A DNA stretch of 64,000 nucleotides, taken from Octopus sinensis (taxonomy: Eukaryota). Below are positions 13,040 to 25,959 of the stretch, in pieces (positions within the stretch are counted from its first letter, which is position 1; each line of letters begins with the position of its first letter). The notes beneath the pieces are model-generated. The model searched no databases and was not told the DNA's origin. It saw nothing but the letters and a program-made list of their open reading frames with translations. The position numbers and the translations under genes were made by a program. Where the stretch lies: the NCBI RefSeq assembly GCF_006345805.1, contig NC_043006.1, forward strand, positions 44,082,001 through 44,146,000, written 5' to 3'.

Positions 13040-13096
<57 letters not shown>

Positions 13097-13312
13097 ATGT
13101 ATACATATATACTCATATATTTATGAATGAATGTATAAATAGATGCATACACATATAAGCACATACATATGCATATGTAAGTATGTATGTATGTATGTAT
13201 GTATACATAGACATATTTATGAGTGAATGTCTTTATAGATGCACACACATGCATATATATCTATACATACCTACAAATATATGTGTGCATGCATATATAT
13301 ATAATATATTCA

Positions 13313-13519
13313 CTTTTACTCTCCTTTACTTGTTTCAGTCATTTGACTGCAGCCATGCTGGAGCACTGCCTTTAGTCGAGCAAATCGACCCCATGCTTAT
13401 TCTTTGGAAGCCTAGTACTTATTCTAGCAGTCTCTTTTGCCAAACAGCTATGTTCGGGGGGTACAAACACAGACACACAAACATATACACACACACACAC
13501 ACGCATACATACATATAGC

Positions 13520-13552
<33 letters not shown>

Positions 13553-13734
13553 TTATATATACACATATATACGACGGGCTTCTTTTATTTTCCATCTACC
13601 AAATCCACTCACAAACCTTTGTTCGGTCCGAGGCTATAATAGAAGACACTTTCCCAGGGTGCCATGCAGTGGGAATGAACCAGGAACTATGTGGTTGGTA
13701 AGCAAGCTACATACCACACAGCCACTCCTGCGCC
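13313..13734 (-). mobile_element. SINE family A, full length
   Basis: Same modules in reverse. Other minus copies at about 32213-32575, 40831-40992, 44270-44690, 50958-51350, 51815-52190, 55318-55687. Confidence 0.9.
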
Positions 13735-14157
13735 TATATATATATATATATATATATAAACAAACGCATATATGTGTGCGTGTGTGTATACACATGTGCG
13801 CTAACACACACAGCTGCACACCATAAATAGTTAGGATATGCAGAAGGAAATTTTGTTGGTTTACTTTCCATGAAAGGCTAACATCTGACTTCATTTCATC
13901 TCTGTATTTCACTGGAGTATGGCTGAAGCATTATGAAAAATGTATCAACAAAGACATTTATTATGAATTATATTTGTAGATTTATAGCTTGCCAAAGACT
14001 AGATTACACTGACAATAAAATTTAAAATATTCTACAAAGAATATACGATATATATATGTATGTGTGTATGTGCGTGCACACATGCGTGAGGTTATGTGTG
14101 TGTGCGTGTGTGTGCAAGTGCATATACATATTGTATAAGTGTATGTGAGCATGTATG

Positions 14158-14201
<44 letters not shown>

Positions 14202-14974
14202 CACACACACATACATATACATAAATACATATATATATATATACATATAAATACATATATACATATACATATATATATATAAGAACATGTATACATAAAT
14301 ACATATATACATAAATACGTATATACATCATCATAATCATTTAACATCCGCTTTCCATGCTAGCACAGGTTGGACGATTTGACTGAGGGCTGGCGAACCA
14401 GATAGCTGCACCAGGCTCCAATCTTGATTTGGCAGAGTTTCTACAGCTGGAATCCCTTCCTAATGCCAACCACTCTGAGAGTGTAGAGGGTGCTTTTACG
14501 TGCCACCGGCACGGGGGATAGTCAGACAGTACTGGCGACGACCTTGCTCGAATCTTTTTACACATGCCACCGGCACAGGTGCCAGGAAGGCGACGCTGGT
14601 AACAATCACACTTGAATGGTTACCAGCGTCACCTTACTGGCACCTGTGCCGGTGGCATATATATATATACATATATATACACATATATATATATATACAT
14701 ATATACAAACACACACATATATATACATACACACACATAGATATATATACATACACACACAGATATATATATACACACACACACACATAGATGTACATAC
14801 ATACACACACACACACACACACATACATACATACATATGTGTATGTATATATATAGATTCAGATGAATATTGTACTTAAGTTGAAGCACCAGAATTTAGT
14901 ATGGTATTATCCATACAATTTCAAAGTAAGGTGATAAAAATCAAAATCCTAGTTGCTTATTTTGATATATATAT

Positions 14975-15007
<33 letters not shown>

Positions 15008-15491
15008 CACATACATATATATATGTATATATATAGTTGCTATTATGTTAAACTGTCATATTTCCAAATTTGGCCAAACGTGTTTTTTTTTAATATTTAT
15101 TTTTTACTTGCAATTGCCAGTTCTTTTGGTCAAACTATCCTATGTCCAGCTGCTTCAGATGCCAAACCATCAACAATTGTCAAATTGGAGTCCAGCAGCT
15201 CTGCTATGCAATGTTGAAACTATTTCTTTTTTTTTTTTTTTTCTGAAAATGCAACATTTTCGACTTACGACACTGCGGCCATGCTGAAGCACTGCCTTTA
15301 ATCAAAGAAATCAACCCCAGGACTTATTCTTTGTAAACCTAGAAACTTATTCTATTGGCCTCTTTTGCTGAACCATTAAGTTCCAGGGATGTAAACACAC
15401 CAACATCGGTTGTCAAGCAATGGTGGGAGGACAAGCACAGACGCACGAACATATGCATATACATTATACATATATATACACATATATATAC

Positions 15492-15550
<59 letters not shown>

Positions 15551-16622
15551 CCATCAGCATCATTATCATCATCATCATCATCATAATTTAACGTCCACTT
15601 TCCATGCTGGTATGGATTGGATGGTTTGGTTGAAGACTGGCAAACTGGGAGGCTGCACTAGGCTCCCATCTGATCTGGCAAGGTTTCGACAGCTGGATGC
15701 CCTTCATAGCACCAACAACTCCATTTGTGTATGTGTGTATGTGCGTGTGTGTGTGTGGCGCGCGCATGCGCACGTACACATACATGTGCGTGTATCATCT
15801 TATCATCATCATTTAACGTCCATTGTCCATGCTGGCAAGGGTCAGATGGTTTCAATGGGCTGGCACCCTGAAAGGCTGCACCAAACTCCAGTCTGGTTTG
15901 CCATGGTTTTCTACACCTGGATGCCCTTCCTAACACCAACCGGGAGCGTAACGGCTGCTTTCATGTGTCACTAGTATGAGTGCCATTTGCTTTCTACTCA
16001 GTGTTGTTTGATTGAAGTCCACCAAGAAAGCATTTCTTCACATGACTTGGTACACTGTATGCTCTCTGTGAACAAAAGACTCATTCAACTTGTGACATCT
16101 GTTTCTATTGCTCCATAAAACATGCCCAGGTTTTTTGTTGCTCAACAGACTTAAGAGATTATTACCTTACTTGGAAACAAGTGGGATAGGTGACAGCAAG
16201 AGCATCCAACCCTGAAACTTGTGCCTCAAAATAAACAATGTAGATGATATAACACACACACACAATGATGATGATGTGTGTATATGTATATATATGAAGG
16301 CATGTGGCCTAGTATTGAGGGTATTCAGCTCATGATAGTAAGGTTGTGAGTTCGGTTCCAAGCAGCATGTTGTGGCCTTTAGCAGGGCCCTTTATTTCAC
16401 ATTGCTCCAGTCCACTCAGCTGGCAAAAACGAGTTGTACCTTAAATTCAGAGGGCCAGCTTTGTCATATTTTGTGTCATGTTAAATCTCCCTAAGATCTA
16501 CATTAAGGGTATGTCCATGTTTGTGGTGTACTCAGCCACTTGCACTCTAATTTCACAAGCAGGCTGTTCCATTGATTGGATCAACTGGAACCCTCGTCAA
16601 CCTAATTGACAGAGTGTCAGTT

Positions 16623-16664
<42 letters not shown>

Positions 16665-18394
16665 AACATATTCATGCACATACACACAGACTACAATTTT
16701 ATATATATAAAATATAAATATAATAGGCACAGGAGTGGCTGTGTGGTAAGTAGCCTTGTGAGTGGATTTGGTAGACGGAAACTGGAAGAAGCCCGTCCTG
16801 TGTGTGTTGTGTGTGTGTGTGTGTGTATGTTTGTCCCCCCCCAACATCGCTTGACAACCGATGCTGGTATGTTTATGACCCCGTAATTTAGCGGTTCGGC
16901 GAAAGAGACTAATAGAATAAGTACTAGGCTTACAAAGAATAAGCCCTGGGGTCGATTTGCTTGACTAAAGGCAGTGCCCCAGCATGGCCACAGTCAAATG
17001 AGATACAGATATATCTGTATGTGTAGATGTAATTAATGGCACTGTCATAGAGGCAATGTTCTTTGTTTCTGGTCTTCCATGAAAATAAGTCTGGGGCTGG
17101 AAGTAGAAAATGTGTTAGGGCATAGAAGATCTGCCTCAATAAAACCCATCCAACTCATACAAACATAGTAAAGTGGATGTTAAAATCGTGTGTGTGTATG
17201 CGTGTGCGTGTGTGCACGCATAGTGTTAGGAAGGGCATCCAGCTGTAGCAACCAAACTAAAACAGATAATGAAACGTGATGTGGATCCTGGCCGTATCAA
17301 GTCGTCCAACCCATGCCAGCATGTAATTTGGACGTATGACGATGTTGGTGATGATGATGATATACACACCCACACTAATATACGTGTGTGTGTGTGTGTG
17401 TGTGAGTGATGCGTACAATATATAATATAGAAAACATATGTAAGTACTGCGTATACATGTGCGCGCGCGCACCTCATATATCCTTTTGGGATTTCTTTTT
17501 TTTTTTTTTTCACCTAATGTAACTTACACTTGGAAAACTATAAATCTAATTTCTGGAGATATTTATTTTCACAATAAATCACGTACACGTCACTAGAATA
17601 AAAAGACGTAATGAAACCAATCGTTAAGTCTTTTGCAGAAAGCGAACCTCAAACTCTTGCATTAAAAACAACGTTATTTAGTTTCAGTGGAAAGCTGGTT
17701 GAAAAGCTGTCATCAGTAAATCCCTGTCAAAACTGGATGATTGTCGCGAATAAGGGCTCGTCAATTTCACAAAGTGGACTCAGCGCAACGATTTGATAAA
17801 GAAATCAATATAAGGGAGACAACTCTTGATTTACTGTAAATATGTCAGTCTACAAAAACGGTTGAATCAGAATTTGATAGACAGCATTTAAATAAAAGAA
17901 AAGATATAAAATAACGCAAAAATATAACAAAATAACTTAAATGCTCAATGAATGGTAGCTTCTAAAAACTATGTGAATTATTAAACCAGATCTTTAACTA
18001 ACTGTATGTACAAGTAAATGTACATACAAGACTATCTACTATCAAATGGCTGAACTAAAATGGGAAACAATCACTGTCATCATAAATTTGTAATTTATTT
18101 TTTAATGTCATGAATTGAATAATTAAAGAATATACAGTATATCTTATTTCTATTTCTACCTTAGGCAATCTTCTCTTCTTAGTCATACTTTTCCAATCAA
18201 TTTCATTCGTGGATCCTCTTTTCCTACCCATTTATATTCTACGTCCATATTAACATGAACATCATACATACACTTAAAAAGAATAGATATCTACTTAAAA
18301 ATAATATACATACGAAGAAATGAATTATGGGATCATTTAAAAATATATATATTTCAGTATGTATTGCTTTTAACATTGTAAATCAAATTTTAAA

Positions 18395-18870
18395 TACGCC
18401 GCCTCCACTGGCTTCCGTGCCGGTGGCACGTAAAATACACCAATCTGACCGTACGACAGGCACCCATGCCAACCCCCTTGCTTGCGAAGACATGTTGGGG
18501 CAAGCGAAATCGAAATCGAATTGAACCAGCCAGGATCCCTGGTCTGGTGGTACGTAAAAAGCACTATCCGACTCGTGGCCGATGCCAGCACCGCCTCGTC
18601 TGGCTTCCGTGCCGGTGGCACATAAAATATACCAATCCGACCGTGGCCATTGCCAGCCTCGCCTGGCACCTGTGCAGGTGGCACGTAAAAAGCACCCACT
18701 ACACTCACGGAGTGGTTGGCGTTAGGAAGGGCATCCAGCTGTAGAAACACTGCCAGATAAGACTGGAGCCTGGTGCAGCCTTCTGGCTTCCCAGATCCCC
18801 GGTCGAACCGTCCAACCCATGCTAGCATGGAGAACGGATGTTAAACGATGATGATGATGATGAGGATGAT
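18395..18870 (+). mobile_element. Young, CpG-rich 5'-truncated copy of the (GAT)n-tailed RTE 3'UTR
   Basis: Iterated gtgccggtggcac units, the shared 3' block and a (GAT)n tail. Related copies at about 2330-2672, 22100-22400, 27975-28318, 39745-40085 (+) and 14330-14600, 29760-29960, 31930-32170 (-). Confidence 0.8.
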
Positions 18871-19934
18871 GCATCCGTCATGTATTGTAAAGCATTACAC
18901 TCCCGAAAACCTTGTTGTAATTCAGAGTTTCATAGCCCAAAATGAACTTTCTCATTGAAGTCCATGTTCACTGCTTCCAGCACAACGGCGAAGTCTGAGG
19001 AAATTGGTTTCATATTATAAAACTCCTTATTAAAGGAAAACTTTCAGGAACACGATATTTCTGTAGTGCAGGGGAGATTTAAAAATTCATGCGTTATATC
19101 CAATAAGTTTACACTCCATCAATACATTTTCACCATTTACTATTCCTGGGAGGGTTGTAAGGATAGAGTCCTCAGACATCTCCTCTATAGGGTCTTATCA
19201 AAAGCAACTATCATTACATTTTCCTGCTGAGTTCTCAAGCCTGACTATGGATATTATTCAACCATCTTGCTTTTGGTCTACTTTTATTTTAAATTTTTAA
19301 TTTAAACTTAAAGAAAAAAAAAACTTGCGTTTACTTTCAGGGTAAAGATTATATAAACTTATGCATGCTTTTTTTATGCATGCTTTTTAAGTTTAAGATA
19401 AAAAATTTTTAATTGCTTGGTCAAGCATACATTTTTGAGATAAACTATTATTAATTTTATTGGGATAATCAAGGTGGGAGAGAGGGCTATTAAATTTAAC
19501 CCCATAACCAAATTTCAATACCTTGCACTTTTAAGGCTTATATTTTCCCTATTTTTGAAAGTAGAGAATAAAATATAATTTGCGTTAAATTTATGAATAG
19601 CAACAGAATGTAAAACAATGGTTTCCTCAAATAAGTGACAATCAGTTATCTGTAAAAAAAGTAAATAGTATATGTCATTTGTCTGTATGACAACTGAATA
19701 TCGAGTTCCATACCTCATCTCAGTAGCTTGGGAACCCTAAATTTTTTCTCAGTTGCTTTACACAGGAGTGTAGTTTTTCCCTTTTCCACTGTAGTAATGT
19801 GGTCTGCTCTACACTAATATGAAATATGGTCCTCTGTATACTAACAAATAAGTTCAGACGGAATTAACAGAACAAGCTAGACATTACAATTGCATGAAAT
19901 AAAAAAAAAAAGTAGGGTAAATGTTTAAAATTAC

Positions 19935-20023
19935 CTCAGGTCTTTGGGCACGCAACATGCCTTGGTTGTGCTGGTCGTTACTCAGAGCTTGAGCTGCAGC
20001 AGGAGTAGCATTATTGGATACAC
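19935..20023 (-). CDS. msn: Linker exon: (S)VSNNATPAAAQALSNDQHNQGMLRAQRPE
   Basis: 89 nt, tttttggacag / gtaatt, phase 1-0; bridges the phase-1 end of 34980 to the phase-0 start of 1202. Confidence 0.85.
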
Positions 20024-21312
20024 CTGTCCAAAAAGAAGTATACAGTTAATTTCACAGAATATTTGTTAGAAAGACAATAATATTAAATTCGTCTGTAAAC
20101 CAAAGAAATCAATGAGTGGAATGTGTCAAAAGTGTGAGAAGGCATGGAGAGAAACAAAAAATAAACAGGAGAGATTTTGAAAGATACAGTTATATTTTTC
20201 CAAAAGTAAACCATTGCCTAAATTAACTGAAATTCTCAGAGAAGTGACATCAATGATCAGTCAAAATTCCTTCTTAAAATATTTAAATATTGGTTTTCTC
20301 AAATTCAAAGCAAAACTTGAGCACAACGAAAGCTGAAATTAATTAATTCCAGAATCAATAAAAACACTGATATCATTGTGGCAATTGTTTCTGTTTAGCT
20401 CCAGGTCAGTCCTGATTATACGGGATTATAAATCAAAGGCTATATCAACGACTACATTTGTCCCATGTGTCTATCATCGTTTAAAAACGTATGATGTGAT
20501 TTAAGGGAGGTTTGGCTATTATTTTCTAGCACAGAGTCTCCTTCCTCATTGCTTAGTTACTGATATTGCCGTGGACTGTGGCAATGATGTTGATAAAAAT
20601 AAAGTTCAAAGTGATACTAATGAATAAAGACAGGGGCTAAACAACACCATCCTGTGCCCCAAAAAGAAGGCAACAATCATTCGCCCACAAAATAGGGTCC
20701 TAGCAGCTTCCTTATAACCCATGCGTTGACACTTGTAGAAAATCCTTCCGCTGTGCAGTTAAGAAGTTTGTTTTGCAACCACAAGGTTTTGGGTTCAGTC
20801 CCAATGTACCGAACCCTGCGCAAGTGTCATCTGCTATAGCCCTAGGTCAACTGATACCTTGTGAATGGATACAGTAGACAGAAACTGGGCATAAGCCTGT
20901 CATACATACATTTATGCATCTATGTGTGTGTGGAGATCTGTCTGTTTGTCACACCCACACACACCACTTGACGACTGGTGCTAGTTTGTTTACACCCCTA
21001 TGACTAAACAGTTCAGCAAAAGAAACTCAGAGAAAGAGTACCAGACTTTTAAAATGTATAGGGGAGTCAATTTGTTTGGTTAATACCCTTCAAGGTGGTG
21101 CCCCAGCATGGCCACAGTCAAATGACTGAAACCAGTAACAAATGAAAACAGGACCCTTAAACCTGATTCAAATGTACAACAGCTACAACTCAGACAAAAA
21201 TGAACAAAACATATACCGGTCACTCCCCACCTCACGACCACCACCTCTTACAAAAACATTAATCCCGCACCTTACCATGGTTCACCTATTGCGGTTTATT
21301 ATTTAAGCTTAC

Positions 21313-21333
21313 ATCGATTCCTCCATGGTGTTG
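21313..21333 (-). CDS. Candidate 21-nt in-frame microexon (T)TPWRNR(C)
   Basis: First AG after a T-rich tract (tgcaaag), donor GAT|gtaagc, symmetric in the phase-1 intron. Sequence signals only. Confidence 0.3.
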
Positions 21334-21390
21334 CTTTGCATTTATAATAAAATAAGTATACACAAATTACAAAAATAAAAAAAATATACA

Positions 21391-21542
21391 GGCGTAGGAG
21401 TGGCTGTGGTAAGTAGCTTGCTTACCAACCACATGGTTCTGGGTTCAAATGTGGCACCTTGGGCAAGTGTCTTCTACTATAGCCTCAGGCCGACCAAAGC
21501 CTTGTGAGTGGATTTGGTAGACGGAAACTGAAAGAAGCCCAT

Positions 21543-21585
<43 letters not shown>

Positions 21586-21810
21586 TATATGTATGTGTGT
21601 GTATATGTTTGAGTGTCTGTGTTTGTCCACCCCCAATATCACTTGACAATCGATGGTGGTGTGTTTACGTCCCCGTAACTTAGTGGTTCGGCAAAAAAGA
21701 CCGATAGAATAAGTACTAGGCTTCCAAAGAATAAGTCCCGGGGTCAATTTGCTCAACTAAAGGTGGTGCTCCAGCATGGCCGCAGTCAAATGACTGAAAC
21801 AAGTAAACGA
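21391..21810 (+). mobile_element. SINE family A, full length
   Basis: Starts ggcgtaggagtggctgtggtaag. Other plus copies at about 9120-9300, 16726-17000, 20750-21140, 40228-40612, 47735-47890. Confidence 0.9.
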
Positions 21811-22477
21811 GAAAGAGAGAGAGAGAGAGAGTACAGTACGGTTCCTACTTCATGGATTTTCACCTGTCGCAGGGGTTTGGAACGTAACACCCAGGATAGT
21901 TGAGTGATTACTGTATACACATAAGCATGCAAGTGCACATTTAGGAACTATCTAAACATCACCAAAAATGGAGAGCAAGTGACAAGGCATAAAAGGGGAT
22001 AAGATTCTCTCAGGAATAAAAGACATTGTGGAAATGGAGAATAGAAATAAAAATAAGGCAATGGAGGTAAATATAGTCATAACTATGATGGGCTGAGGTA
22101 TAGACATGACAAGTGACCAAGACCTTTGGTGATACACTGCGCTTGAGAAGACCTGTCAAACCAAGTGAGGTCATAGTCATGGCCAATGCCAGTGTTATGT
22201 AACTGGTACCCGTGCCGGTTGGCACATAAAAAACACCCACTACACTCTTGGAGTGGTTGGCATTAGGAAGAGCATCCAGCTGTAGAAACCATGCCAAATT
22301 AGATTGAAACCTGGTGCAGCTCCCCCAGCTTACCAGTTTTCAGTCAAACCATCTAACCCATGCCAGCATGGAGAATAGACGTTAATTGATGATGATGTTG
22401 AGGGGTGGTGATGATGGTGGTATTAATGACATGGTGGCAGAAATGGAGTTTGGTGGTGGTGGTGGTGGTAACTTTAA

Positions 22478-23150
22478 GCCTTTTGTTACCATTTTTTTTT
22501 TTTTTTTGAAAAAGGCTTTGTTTCAAGTGCGGAGCCAGTGCTGGTGCCATGTAAAAAAAAAATTAAAAACCCAGCTCACTCTGTAAAGTGGCTGGCATTA
22601 GGAAGAGCAGCCAGCCATAGAAACCATGCCAAATCAGACTGGAGTCCGGTGCAGCTCCCTCAGATTGCCAGCACTGGTCAAACTGTCCAACCCATGCCAG
22701 CATAGATAATGAATGTTAAATGATGATGATGATGCTTTGTTTCAATTAATTCTGAAGATAATGGAAGAACTTAGTAAAGTAACTCCATCATTATTAAGCT
22801 GGTGTTTGGAACATAGATTTACATGAAATTCCAATGGAAACTTTCAGTTTAGATCACAATAACCTTTCAGATATCAACCCACCCCAAACCATCTCCGGTT
22901 CTTTGATACAAACATCATGTTTTAAAAGTGATCTAAAGTAAAACCATTCATGAAAATTTCGTATTAATTTATGTTCCAAAATACCAGCTTAATATAGACA
23001 AAGTTATATTAATAAGCTATTCGTTATTTTCAAAATTAATTGAAACAAAAAGCAGTGTATTTCAAAAGAAATATGGTAACAAAAGAGTTAAAACTTTAGT
23101 ATCCATAGAACCAGGGGTGGTCTCAGACAGATTGGTTGGAAGCAAAGGAA
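22478..23150. mobile_element. piggyBac-like MITE carrying an inverted copy of the same family (22863-23087) and the RTE insert
   Basis: Both elements have TTAA (or ATAA) flanks and degenerate CCCTTT...AAAGGG ends; the two halves of the outer element match the 61273-61785 copy. Confidence 0.7.
22526..22733 (+). mobile_element. RTE 3' fragment with a 12-bp target-site duplication
   Basis: gctttgtttcaa occurs at 22514-22525 and 22734-22745, on both sides of the (GAT)n-tailed insert. Confidence 0.85.
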
Positions 23151-24120
23151 TTAAAGAAAGGTGGTGGTACTGATAAAAGTGACTATGAGAGTAGTGAGAA
23201 TGGTGGTGGTGGCAGTAATGTTGTAGTTGATGATGATGACGACGGTGGTGGTGGTGGTGGTGGTGGTGGTGGTGGTAGTGGTGACTGACTAACTGACCTT
23301 GGGTCAGCTCAAATCATGCAGACCTGTGCTCAAAGGATTTTTCAGCTATGACCAACCAGCACATGATGTTCATTTGGTTTGTCTTCTTTTTTATTTTGTG
23401 TCTTTTTTTTGGGGGGGGGGGGGTCCAGAAGATTTAGATTATCAAACATGCTTTTCATTACTAATTAAGATGGTATGGTGTACTTTCAGAGAAATTTAAT
23501 TGCTATTTCTAGCAGATCAATCAAGAGATTCAAATTTGAAACCACCCACTGGTTAATTCTTTAAAAACCAATATGGAAAAAAAAAAAAAAAAATTAAACA
23601 AAACGTACAAGCCTTCACACACAAAACAGTAATTTATGTTTAATTGCTTTGAATTTGTAAAATTAAAGGATTTATTGTTTTACTGAGCCCTTTGTGCCTT
23701 TCACATTATTATAGGGTTGTAAATTCTCTACTGATATTTAAAAAGTTCAACATTCTTACAGGCAGAAGCTTTATCTTTACTACACTGGTGATAATGTTAT
23801 AAGAAATGGTAGCGGTAACAGTATTGAAGATGAGGCGAGCACTGTTGAGGATAGTAAGAGCAACGATGTTAGTGGTGGAGATGATACTCTATTGATGTTG
23901 TTGATTAACTCCAATTTGAACCTCATCAAACAAACATATGATTACAGGCATTCCAACCATGACTGATACACATTTTTTAAATTCACTGTGTATTCCAGAC
24001 TATGTTATTCAATGTGTCTTTAAGATAGTATATGATTTGAATAAGTTTTTAGCTATTGTTTCTAGCAGCTTGAGTAACTATGTAGCTGCTTGATACTCTG
24101 CTGTTGATTGGAGACACCAT

Positions 24121-24842
24121 CATTGGCTAGGCACCTCATCATTAGCTGGGAACCCTGTCGTTAGTTGAGCACACCCCATCATTGGCTGAGCACTCCATCA
24201 TCAGCTAGGTACTCCATCATTGGCTGAGCACTCCATCATTGGCTGAGCACTCCATCAGTAGCTGAGCACTCTGCCATTAGCTAGGCATTTCACCATTAGC
24301 TAAGCATTCCACCATTAGCTAGGCACTCCACCATGATTAATAAGGCACTACATCATTAGTAAGGCACTCTATCATTAGCTAGGTACTGCGTTGCTAGCTA
24401 GGCACTCCATCGTTAGCCAGGCACTCCATTGTTAGCTAGGCACTCCATCATTAGTTAGGCACTTCATCATTAGCTAGGCACCCTGTTGTTAGCTAAGCAC
24501 TCCATTGCTAGCTAGGCACTCTGCCATTAGCTAGGCACTCTGCCATTAGCTAGGTATTCTGCCATTAGCTAGGCACTCTGCCATTAGCTAGGCACTCTGC
24601 CATTAGCTAGGCACTCTGCCATTGTCTAGGCACTCTGCCATTAGCTAGGCACTCTGCCATTAGCTAGGCACTCTGCCATTAGCTAGGCACTCTGCCATTA
24701 GCTAGGCACTCTGCCATTGGCTAGGCACTCTGCCATTGGCTAGGCACTCTGCCATTAGCTAAGCACTCCGTCATTAGCCAGGCATTCCATCACTAGTTAG
24801 GCACTTCATTATTGGCTAGAAATTCCATCAATGGCTAGGCAG
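24121..24842. repeat. 19-bp minisatellite, about 38 units, consensus cattagctaggcactc(tgc/cat)
   Basis: Period of 19 measured directly (gcc at 24542, 24561, 24580); homogeneous core with diverged flanks. Confidence 0.95.
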
Positions 24843-25594
24843 AGTAACAGCAAAATAATGGTGCTGATGACAGTCTTCAGAATAGTTTCCTACATCAGCA
24901 GCACAGGACTACAAATTTAGAGAAGTAACTGGATCGAGGATGAAGAGTAAAGGCAGCCTCAGTGGGATTTGAACTCAGAATACAGAAGTATAAAGCTGAC
25001 TGCTAAAACATTTAGTCTAACACTCAACCACTGTATTCACTCCATCAAATTTGTATGGGCGTTGGCGCATATTTATGATAGATGTAATTGCAAAGAAGCT
25101 CAGAACAGTGATGATGATGATATTGATGTCAATGATGATGATGAAGGGATACACATGCATATAAGCACCCAATAGAGACAGATATATATTTGGGCATTGG
25201 AGCATGTCATTTAGTCAAGACATACATATATCCTTATAAACACACTTTCAATACATATTGGACAGCCAACCAACCCATGCTAGCATGAAAAAAAGGTCCT
25301 TAAAATGATTGATAATGATGATGATGATGGTGATGATGATATGAGAATGATGAAGATGACATCCACAACATTGATGACAATGATGATGATTTTTTTCGAC
25401 TGGATCACAGAAGAAATGACATCTCCCAGATTTTTCAACTATCGTAGAATTATTGAAAATGAGGGGGGAAAAAAAAACCCTTAGAAATTTTCCTTTCAAT
25501 CACTCAGTGAATTCTAAGGAAAGCAAAACAAGAACTCACAAGAATACTCTTATTTTTGAGAAATGCAATATCAGCAACATAGTTTAATTGTGTG

Positions 25595-25645
<51 letters not shown>

Positions 25646-25655
25646 CACACTCTCT

Positions 25656-25687
<32 letters not shown>

Positions 25688-25770
25688 CATACACACAAAT
25701 ATATACACCTACACATAGATATATATATATATGCATATTCACACACATACATAAATATACATGCACACAC

Positions 25771-25852
<82 letters not shown>

Positions 25853-25925
25853 GTGTGTATATGTATGTATATAATACACAGACGTATGTGTACACACACA
25901 CACACATACACACACACACACACAC

Positions 25926-25959
<34 letters not shown>

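Noticed and set aside
18890-19250. Coding-looking minus-strand stretch (IEEMSEDSILTTLPG…)
   Set aside because: Interrupted by stops, no usable splice sites and no family I recognise.
24121-24842. 19-bp and 22-bp arrays considered as CRISPR-like repeats
   Set aside because: They are contiguous tandem units without unique spacers, in a eukaryotic intron with no cas genes.
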